DNA of 44,145 nucleotides from Octopus bimaculoides (taxonomy: Eukaryota), in NCBI RefSeq assembly GCF_001194135.2, contig NC_068982.1, positions 184,965,040-185,009,184 on the forward strand. Reading direction: 5' to 3'. The notes under the pieces are model-generated. The model ran no database searches, was not told the origin of the DNA, and was given only the letters and a program-made list of their open reading frames with translations. Of this stretch, positions 34,607-44,145 are shown piece by piece (position 1 is the first letter of the stretch; every line of letters starts with the position of its first letter). The position numbers and the translations under genes are program-made.

Positions 34607-35274
34607 GTAAGGAGTTATTACAACGGCTATTAAATGCAATTGACGCATTGGTTTAACCAGGATGTTCTAGTGATCTGATGAGCTAGCTTTCTTTATCTGC
34701 ACTGATTTGTGAACATACAATTGTATTATATAATGCGTAGCATGCATATTAATGCAGACATGTAATATAATTTATTATGCACTAAAACTATCGTTACATG
34801 ATGAAGACTGCGGAACGACCGTAATCCAACAGATGACAAGTAGTTAAATAAATATATTCACCTTTCATGCCCCTTAACTTTTTATAGCTTATATACTCCT
34901 CATGAAATAATTTCATCGATTGTATATCCTGGAATTCATCTGCATAGAACTATATATATATATATATATATCAAAATAAGCAACAAGGATATCCAGAGGT
35001 AAAGCAGTACGATCGTTTCATGCAACTCCATTTAATTTAACAAGCAATCATTACAACAATTTAAATGCAGAGCAATCTTCAGCTGCACAAAGACATAGAA
35101 TTTAATTAAATTAAAACAGATGGGCACATTAGTATAATTATACCTAAAATCTCCAAGAAGTTAAGGAGATAAACAGAAAAATACGCACGCACACACATAT
35201 ATATATATGTATGTATATATATATATACATACATACATACATACGTACATACATAAATGTACATATTATTTTTT

Positions 35275-35470
35275 TCTTTTACTTGTTTCAGTCATTTGAC
35301 TGCGGCCATGCTGGAGCACCGCCTTCAGTCGAACAAATCGACCCCAGGACTTATTGTTTGTAAGCCTAGTACTTAATCTATCAGTCTCTTTTGCCGAACC
35401 ACTAGTTAAACACACCAACATCGGTTGTCAAGCGATGGTTGTCAAAAACAGACACACAAATACATACATT
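35275..35470 (-). mobile_element. SINE family A 3' module (rest probably in the gap)
   Basis: ttttacttgtttcagtcatttgactgcggccatgctggagcaccgcc...accccaggacttatt. Confidence 0.88.
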
Positions 35471-35803
35471 TATATATATATATATATATATATATNNNNN
35501 NNNNNNNNNNNNNNNNNNNNNNNNNNNNNNNNNNNNNNNNNNNNNNNNNNNNNNNNNNNNNNNNNNNNNNNNNNNNNNNNNNNNNNNNNNNNNNNNNNNN
35601 NNNNNNNNNNNNNNNNNNNNNNNNNNNNNNNNNNNNNNNNNNNNNNNNNNNNNNNNNNNNNNNNNNNNNNNNNNNNNNNNNNNNNNNNATGACGTAATGC
35701 TATCCATGCCTTTCTCATGAACATCCTATCAAGTAAGTGAAACGACAAAAGTTCGTAGATGCGGTTAGGTAAGCATTAATCATATCGTTCTCTGCAAGCT
35801 GAT

Positions 35804-35834
<31 letters not shown>

Positions 35835-36180
35835 CGCAGACCCTCACATGCGCGCGCACGCACTCACACACATGCGCGCGCGCGCACAACCACACACAAA
35901 CATTCATGCAATAGCATTCACAAAACTAGCTGTCTGTTCATACACCAGAAGCTCTAATGTTACGCACTTCTATCAAGCTTCAATACACCAACTTCTCATG
36001 TTCACCAATTCCATGCCAGTGCACGTGCAATACAGTCAACTTCTTTGATCTTTTCCTTTGAATCTTCAACCGTTTCTCCTTCTTGTATTATCTTACTCGT
36101 CTTATCCGTTTTCTTTTTTTCTCTCTCGATCTCTTCCTGTGCATCTCCCTCTTTTTCTCTTTCTTCTTCTTTTTCTCTCC

Positions 36181-36211
<31 letters not shown>

Positions 36212-36264
36212 GAAAGATAGATAGAAAGATTTATACATACGCACATACATATATGCAACTGATC

Positions 36265-36633
36265 GTGGCACTCCGTCGGTTACGACGACGCGGGTTCCAG
36301 TTGATCCGATCAACGGAACAGCCTGCTCGTGAAATTAACGTGTAAGTGGCTGAGTACTCCACAGACACTTGCACCCTTAGCATAGTTCTCGGGAAGATTC
36401 AGAGTGACACAGTGTGTGACAAGGTTGACCCTGTGAAATACAGGTACAACAGAAACAGGAAGAAAGAGTGAGAGAAAGAGTACAGCAGGGTTCGCCAGCA
36501 TCCCCTGCCGGAGCCTCGTGGTGCTTTAGGTGTTTTCGCTCAATAAACACTAACAACGCCCGGTCTGGAAATCGAAACCGCGATCCCACGACCGCGAGTC
36601 CGCTGCTCTAACCACTGGGCTACTGCGCCTCCA
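36265..36633 (-). mobile_element. SINE family D
   Basis: High similarity to 13501..13852. Confidence 0.9.
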
Positions 36634-36945
36634 TACAAGTGATACACATTAGATATATATATATGAAATATATATAACATATATAACACACACACACGCG
36701 CACACACATTTAATATACATGTAATGTGCATCAGCTAATATTATTTAATAATNNNNNNNNNNNNNNNNNNNNNNNNNNNNNNNNNNNNNNNNNNNNNNNN
36801 NNNNNNNNNNNNNNNNNNNNNNNNNNNNNNNNNNNNNNNNNNNNNNNNNNNNNNNNNNNNNNNNNNNNNNNNNNNNNNNNNNNNNNNNNNNNNNNNNNNN
36901 NNNNNNNNNNNNNNNNNNNNNNNNNNNNNATATATATAAAGAATA

Positions 36946-37211
36946 GCAGCGTGAATGGTGTTTATAAGCCATTTCAGAAACACACAAAAACCGTTAGATT
37001 CACTTCAACACTTAAACTTAATTTGCAAAAATATTTTCGTCGCTTTGAGACCGCGACTTGTTCACTAACAAAATTCTGTGCTGCATGTCTTTTGTCAGTG
37101 AACGGTCTGAAAGCGACGAAAATATTTTGGCAAATTAAATTTAAATGTTGAAGAGAATCTTTACTGTTTTTGTGTGTTTCTTAAATGGCTTATAAACACC
37201 TTCCACGCTGC
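36946..37211. repeat. Long imperfect palindrome (foldback/MITE-like): ~125-bp arms, 16-nt loop
   Basis: gcagcgtgaatggtgtttataagccattt...aatattttcgtcgcttt...gttcactaacaaaa versus ttttgtcagtgaac...aaagcgacgaaaatatt...aaatggcttataaacaccttccacgctgc. Confidence 0.9.
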
Positions 37212-37373
37212 AATTGTTTTCGTTCCAGCACACGATCTCAGATCAGGTCACTTGCTATGCAAGTACATCTCCGTAATACATATATATATATATATGTATG
37301 TATGTGTGCATGCATGTATGTGTGCATGCATGTATGTATGTATGTATGTATGTATGTATGTATGTATATATTG

Positions 37374-37891
37374 TTTTATTCTTTTATCGTTCTCAGTAAT
37401 TTGACTGCGGCCATGCTGCAGTACCTCCTTTAGTCGAACATAACGAACCCAAGACTTATTCTTTGTAAGCCTAATACTTATTCTATCGGTGTCTTTTGCC
37501 GAACCGCTAAGCTACGAAGACATGAACACACGAACATCGGTTTGTCAAGCGATGGTGATGAGACAAACACAGACACAAACAGAGGGGTTACACAGCAGAG
37601 CTAGGAAGAAGGGGATATAATAAAGCAGTAGTGATCCCAAAACGAAGGTGCGCGTGCATGTGTATGTGAGAGCGTGTATGTGCGTGTGGAAGGGGGCTGG
37701 GAATTTTGACGTGTGCGTGTGCGCATGTGTAGGTGTGTGGATGATGGTGTAGACGACGGGCTTCTTTCAGTTTCCGTCTACCAAATCTACTCACAAGGCT
37801 TTGGTAGGTTCGAGACTATAGTAGAAGACACCTACCTAAGGTACCATGCAGTGTGACTGAACCCGAAAGCTTCCAACCACACAGCCACGCC
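37374..37891 (-). mobile_element. Full-length SINE family A whose microsatellite spacer is occupied by PLE sequence
   Basis: 3' module 37374-37580; head/CORE module 37751-37891. Confidence 0.85.
37580..37750 (-). mobile_element. ~170-bp fragment homologous to the PLE at 15771..15940
   Basis: cagaggggttacacag...gtgatcccaaaacgaaggtgc...tgtgagagcgtgtatgtgcgtgtgga...taggtgtgtggatga occurs in both places. Confidence 0.85.
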
Positions 37892-38393
37892 ATGTGTATG
37901 TACGTGCATACACACATACATACACACATACATACATACATACATACATACATTAAGTCAGATGATGTAAGGACCATACTGCAATGATAAAATGGTATTG
38001 CAGTCACTCTTGTTGTTGCTGTTGTTGCCGTTGATGTTGGTTTCGTTGTTGTTGTTGTGTTAGAGTCCAGAATACTTAAAGACATTCTAGTTATGAGCAT
38101 TTTGTCTGTTATTCAAGTAATATGTGTCTTGGATTATACTTTACAGCCTACCATTCCTTTTGCGAAGTCCTAAAGTCTACAGATAGACATTTGGCTGCTA
38201 TTTCTAGAAAACTAAAGGACGGTACAGATCCTTTTTTAGGGTTCCTTTATGTGCCTGCTTTTAGCAATCACCGGTGATGAACACATCTCAGTCGGTCATG
38301 TACTTTAAACTTGTATGTACTTTCATTCCTGTCTTCTATGGGCGATATGAATGTTGCATAGAAACTGCGTGTATATTGGCAATCCTCTGTGTA

Positions 38394-38461
<68 letters not shown>

Positions 38462-38892
38462 AGTATGATAGCTGTTTCGTTAGCTTTGATGTTCTCTGAT
38501 GTTTCTGGTAAAAATAAAACAATAAGGAGGCGATGGATATTAGTCGAAGCTTCTTCAAGAGTGTATGTTTACTTTTTGAACTTACTCGGCAATATCAAGA
38601 ATGGCTGAATGCCATAGAAATTGGCTTTGCCATTATGTGGTCCTAAGTTTGACCCCAAGTCACAGTTTCTTAAACAAGTCTCTTCTTCCACATCCTAGAG
38701 TCGACCCAGCCTATGTGCGTGAAATTAAGTGAGAAAACGTGTGAAAACGCGTCGGTCACCATGAAATGTATGTGTATTTGCAGGAAGCGGTCGTTTAGAA
38801 CGCAGGTATCTCTATGGTTAAGTCTTCCTCGAGCATCTGAGTAGTACTCAACCACTTATTTTCCTGTAGAATGTTCAAATAATCGAGTAGCT

Positions 38893-39360
38893 GAATGCAA
38901 GATCTCTCCTGTTGTCTCCAAATTCTTACAAGGTAGCATGGCCAAGTGGAATACACGTCTCCTTCTAAACCATAGTAATGGGATGAGCCAATCTAACAAC
39001 ATCAACAACAAACGAGACATCTTTCAAGGTGACTCCCTCTCTCTGTTACTCTTTTGCATGCCATTGATCCCACTCTCGAACGAACTAAGTAACACCAGGT
39101 ATGGGTTCAAAATGTATAATATTATAGTGAACCATCTGAAGCTGTTTGCTAGAAATGACGAAGAGCTAATAAGGCTGTTAACAACTGTTAAAGAGTTCAG
39201 TAATGACATCGGGATGGATTTGGGCCTTGATAAGTGTGCTAAAGGAACTTTTATAAGAGGCAAGCTCAAGCAAACTGCTTCCATTAAATTAGATACCAAC
39301 ACTACCATCAAGGAGCTTGACCCACAAGAAAACTATAAATACCTGAGGATAAACGAAGGA
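38893..39360 (+). pseudogene. R4/Dong-clade reverse transcriptase fragment
   Basis: KISP...FL..SM..W.T.L.LNHSNG...IFQGDSLS.LLFC..L.PLS.EL...YGF...VNH|LKLFA...V..FSNDIGMDLGLDKCAK...YKYL. The catalytic YMDD segment is deleted in frame. Confidence 0.88.
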
Positions 39361-39710
39361 GCATTGTCGACCATTGTCTACTATAAGCCTAACCCTATGA
39401 AATTTCATCCCTTTCCACAGTTTCCTATAGGCGCCCTCCTACAGCTGTTTTGCTTAATATCAACAATATGAGATGCACAGTCTCTCTGTTAAGGTAATAG
39501 TGACTGCTACTTCTTACAGTTATGGAGAAATTTACGCAGATAAACTAAATAAACATAACAGCTTTGGTTTGATATACAATATATGTGTGTGTGGGTGTGT
39601 GGGTGTATGTGCGCGCGCGCGCGTATGTATGTATACATGCAAAACGAAAAGAAGGATAAAATGAAGAGTTTCAGACGATGAATATTTAAGTATAGATATA
39701 TAGATATTTG

Positions 39711-39968
39711 TGGAGGCGAGTGGCTTAGTGGTTAGGGTGTCAGCACCATGATCGTACGATTGTGGTTTCCATTCCTGGACCGGGCGATGCGTTCTGTTCT
39801 TGAGCAAAACACTTCTTTTCACGTTGCTCCAGTCCACTCAGCTGGCAAAAATGAGTAACGACGCGATGGACTGGCGTCCTGTCCAGCTGGTGAACACATA
39901 CGCCATTGGAAACGGGAAACCGGGCCCATGAGCCTGGCTAGGCTTTAAAAGGGCGCCTTTATTTTATT
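39711..39968 (+). mobile_element. SINE family E
   Basis: A box tggcttagtgg; CORE-like ttcttgagcaaaacactt...cagctggcaaaaatgagt; tail gcgatggactggcgtcctgtccag...gaaaccgggccc. Confidence 0.88.
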
Positions 39969-40182
39969 ATATAGCTATTTATATTAATAGATCAAACTTA
40001 CACAGAAGGAAAACGACAGAGAAAATTAAAGAGGAGGAGGTAAGCAGTTATAAGTCCAACAGCTGTTTCTAGGGTCTCGGAGATCCATCATAATATCGGT
40101 AGATGTAGTTCCATGCAGACTGCTACAACATATATACACACACTTACAGATTAACAGTCTCATACGACACACACATAGACAC

Positions 40183-40258
<76 letters not shown>

Positions 40259-40627
40259 TTACAGATACACTTACAGACAGATAGGCACATACACACACGC
40301 AAATGCACTTACAAACACAAACACACAGATAGCCCCACGTGCACCCACGCGCTCACCCGCTCGCCCGCGCATCAGCTCGCCGCACGCACGCACACACACA
40401 CACACACACACACACGTACATACACATACACATGCACGCACATATCGCCATATGCGCAGTTGCACACTACAACTTATGGACATACGAAATATGCACATTT
40501 ATACACACCTGAGTGCTCGAATATATATATACATATGCACACATAAACTAACTTTCGCATCCACAACCACATTACTGCACACGTGATTATCAGTAGCAGC
40601 CCCACCGTCCTCAGTCTCCTCTTCTAC

Positions 40628-40725
40628 CTCATCATCATCATCAGCAGCATCATCATCAGCATCATCATCAGCATCATCATCATCATCATCATCACTACCA
40701 CCAACACCATCATCTACATCATCAC
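40628..40725. repeat. (CAT)n/(CAG) trinucleotide tract
   Basis: Directly visible; a similar (CAT)n tract at about 19835-19891. Confidence 0.9.
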
Positions 40726-41209
40726 TATAGGTCTGTGTCATGAAACTGAAAGCCTTAGAGGTAAATAACACAAAGCAACGTCAACAAGAGATTTTACAAT
40801 GGCCTCCAGGTATACTTCGCTCCATTGCAGATGACAATGTGGTAAGACAGGCAAGAGTTCTTATGACGTCAACACAAAAGCACTATGGGATTGTTAGACT
40901 TGAGCGTCTGCCACCTACTTCCTAAACTGTCATTATATCATTTGTTCTGTAGTTGCACCGAGTAACACAGCACACAATTTACACATCATTTGCATAACAC
41001 ACTGTTTGCGCTACATACTTTACATAACACAACATTTACATAGCATACCAGTTGCACAGCAGACAATTTATACAACACATCATTAACACACTATTTACAT
41101 CACACACCAGTTATACAACACAGCATGTTACACGATACATTATTTACACAACACAGCATTAACACAATTGATTATTTACATAATTATACATACATATATA
41201 GATAGATTC

Positions 41210-41240
<31 letters not shown>

Positions 41241-41282
41241 CATACATACATACATACTTAAGGCTAGACAGACAGACAGACT

Positions 41283-41283
<1 letters not shown>

Positions 41284-41346
<63 letters not shown>
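41284..41346. repeat. (GATA)n tetranucleotide microsatellite
   Basis: Directly visible; a second array at about 43849-43908. Confidence 0.95.
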
Positions 41347-41990
41347 CAGCATGTCGGTGAAATTAATTCTCTAAATAATCTTACACTGACCGACGTACTA
41401 TAATGTATGTTTATTCAGCGATTCTGAGAAGGACGGTAAAGTAAATATTCTCTCGTGAGGTCTTAATAAAACCAACACGTATTCGGAGTTGTTTCACAAA
41501 TTTTCAGAAATAATTCAAATATTAGTCAACAATTAACAATTAACATTTATTTCCTCTTTTCATACTTCTTACATTTTATATGTTAACTTATATGTATATC
41601 AAACAAGAAATACCTATAATTGCAGAAGCAGTGAAAAAGAGTATACACATTATTTAACGTATATATTTGTAGATATACAGTTAATAGCTCAGTCGTCTAT
41701 TCCACAAACTTTCATAGGTTCATAGACACGCAAACCTTTGCTGCATTCAGATTTAAAAGTCTCTTGTAAGCTATGTTCCCACTGAACGAGCTATGTTACA
41801 TGATAAAAAGTGCTGCGAACTGCGGTGCTATTAGATAGTGAGCGTGCCACTAGAATGGAGATGAAGCAGCTCAGTAACTTTTCTTAGTTAACGGAACAAC
41901 TTTACTTGGTATGTTTGATAATGCTCCCTGGAGTAATTTTCTGAGTCCGTCAGTTGGAGCCAAAAGCTCGCATGTGACAGCAATTAAGCA

Positions 41991-42500
41991 TTAGTTCTGT
42001 TTTCTATTGAGGAATACTACGAGCAGTTTCACGATATGCAGTTTCTCCGACAGAGAACATCTGCAATGAAGTAAATCACTGAAGTCGGGCGGGAGGGGTG
42101 TTCTAACGACAATATTCGAGGATATAGTAAGTAAGGAAGTGGAATCTGCGTTGCTCCGGAGCCTAAAGAAGGAGTGCAGATGTTGGTTATACCGTCCTTT
42201 TAAGCGTTTAGCGGTAAGTTCCATTTCCTTCCTCTGGTTACTATATTTTGAAGTGTTTATAGCTCTATAAACCACGTTCTCAGAGTGACAAAAGCAACCA
42301 GCGAGTAAGTACAAGTGGTTTTGGTTGTGGCCTATAATACGGAAAGTAGTGTTATCTAGGCAAGTTTAGCTAAACTTAAGAGCATGTATATCTAAAAGTA
42401 GTTGGAATTTATGTGTCTTCGGAAAAAACTGCCTTACGGGAGTTGAAAAGTACAAATAAAATTTGTAGGAACTTAAAGTTTATAGGGTGAATTAGAAGAG
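41991..42500 (-). pseudogene. Penelope-like element linker plus GIY-YIG endonuclease relic
   Basis: FFPKTHKF...LKFS*TCL...IIGHN...GCFCHSENVVYRA...LTAKRLKGRYNQHLHSF...STSL...RCSLSEKLHI...LNRK. Matches the recalled PLE pattern FPK.HKL..IF....KLSYSC...II..HN...C...N.VYKA...YIG.T...FK.RY..H..SF...CNLCL.EK. In-frame stops present. Confidence 0.7.
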
Positions 42501-42785
42501 ACTACTTTCCGCCTCTGACAACTAACGAACCGAATAAACAACTGCTTCCCGATAAATTTAAAATCTCACAAATGTATTGAATATTCTTTCATTCTTTTGT
42601 AAGCAAAAACGTCCATATTTCCATGTGAGCACTTGCGAGTGTATATATATATATATATTTAAGATATATATATATATATAATATATTAAACATATATATA
42701 TATATAAGATATATACATATATATATGTGTGTGTGTGTGTGTGTGGGTGTGTGTGTGTATACGCATATATATATATGTATATGTG

Positions 42786-42828
<43 letters not shown>

Positions 42829-43417
42829 NNNNNNNNNNNNNNNNNNNNNNNNNNNNNNNNNNNNNNNNNNNNNNNNNNNNNNNNNNNNNNNNNNNNNNNN
42901 NNNNNNNNNNNNNNNNNNNNNNNNNNNNNNNNNNNNNNNNNNNNNNNNNNNNNNNNNNNNNNNNNNNNNNNNNNNNNNNNNNNNNNNNNNNNNNNNNNNN
43001 NNNNNNNNNNNNNNNNNNNNNNNNNNNNNNNNNNNNNNNNNNNNNNNNNNNNNNNNNNNNNNNNNNNNNNNNNNNNNNNNNNNNNNNNNNNNNNNNNNNN
43101 NNNNNNNNNNNNNNNNNNNNNNNNNNNNNNNNNNNNNNNNNNNNNNNNNNNNNNNNNNNNNNNNNNNNNNNNNNNNNNNNNNNNNNNNNNNNNNNNNNNN
43201 NNNNNNNNNNNNNNNNNNNNNNNNNNNNNNNNNNNNNNNNNNNNNNNNNNNNNNNNNNNNNNNNNNNNNNNNNNNNNNNNNNNNNNNNNNNNNNNNNNNN
43301 NNNNNNNNNNNNNNNNNNNNNNNNNNNNNNNNNNNNNNNNNNNNNNNNNNNNNNNNNNNNNNNNNNNNNNNNNNNNNNNNNNNNNNNNNNNNNNNNNNNN
43401 ATATATATATATATATC

Positions 43418-43773
43418 GTGGCACTCAGTCGGTTGCGACGACGAGGGTTCCAGTTGATCCGATCAACGGAACAACCTGCTCGTGAAATTAACGTGTAAGT
43501 GGCTGAGCACTCCACAGACACGTGTACTCTTAACATAGTTCTCGGGGAGATTCAGTGTGACAAAGCTGACCCTTTGAAATACAGGTACAACAGAGACAGG
43601 AAGAAAGAGTGAGAGAAAGTTGTAGTGAAAGAGTACAGCAGGGTTCGCCACCACCCCCTGCTGGAGCCTCGCGGAGCTTTAGGTGTTTTCGGACAACGCC
43701 CGGTCTGGAAATCAAAACCGTGATCTCACTACCGCAAGTCCGCTGCCCTAACCACTGGGCCATTGCTCCTCCA
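43418..43773 (-). mobile_element. SINE family D
   Basis: High similarity to 13501..13852 and 36265..36633. Confidence 0.9.
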
Positions 43774-43847
43774 CACACACACACAAACACACACACACAC
43801 AACAAAATATATGTATGTATATCTATCTAAATAGCTAACTAGAGAAC

Positions 43848-43908
<61 letters not shown>

Positions 43909-44085
43909 GTAAAACTATATACACATACATTTATATGGGCATACAGTTAGAGAGACAAAGCGAGCGAGAGAGAGAAAGATTTTTGTCCATGCATAAATGT
44001 TTATGACTATCAATATATTTTTGCACGCACGCTTGTTTGTGTGTGTGTTTGTGTTTTTGTACATATACATGCATACATACATACA

Positions 44086-44145
<60 letters not shown>

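Larger units (their letters stand above)
5015..43400. other. 17 assembly gaps (N runs), ~7.6 kb in total
   Basis: Counted from the sequence (e.g. 5015-5728, 8282-9076, 12059-12992, 16453-17225, 42829-43400); most abut dinucleotide repeats. Confidence 0.98.

Noticed and set aside
34675-34695. Canonical hammerhead heptamer CTGATGA
   Set aside because: No GAAA after the short stem and no helix I; chance match.
38784-38805. 22-nt segment bounded by tttgcag and gtatct
   Set aside because: Splice-like dinucleotides are frequent by chance; no frame support or recognisable peptide.
813-43805. Dozens of long ORFs rich in YI/CV/HT/X (e.g. 8168..9178, 11807..13099, 32571..33554)
   Set aside because: Stop-free translations of dinucleotide microsatellites and N gaps; no protein features.

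Overview
Eukaryotic, gene-poor, repeat-saturated window with no prokaryotic features. The SINE repertoire and microsatellite density resemble an octopus (coleoid cephalopod) draft assembly; this is an inference from recall, not a search. About 7.6 kb (~17%) lies in 17 N-gaps, most flanked by dinucleotide tracts. Almost all supplied ORFs are microsatellite or N read-throughs, and no intact protein-coding gene can be established. The window holds (i) about 25 tRNA-derived SINE copies or fragments in four families (my labels A, B, D, E) with shared, shuffled modules, plus a ~560-bp element in (AAT)n arrays (family C); (ii) decayed transposon coding fragments: Penelope-like RT (15.6-16.5 kb), Penelope-like GIY-YIG (42 kb), two R4/Dong pieces, a HERO/NeSL-like piece, an RTE-like 3' end and two Tc1/mariner pieces; (iii) a hAT MITE and two long foldbacks. 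The most notable hidden signal is a set of minimal type-I hammerhead-ribozyme-like motifs of the Penelope pLTR kind at seven loci, several with non-canonical cores. The best preserved (15659..15694, minus) has perfect helices but CUGUCGA instead of CUGANGA. Next are an (AAT)n-associated set of retroelements and a speculative TATA plus signal-peptide first exon at 34.5 kb.
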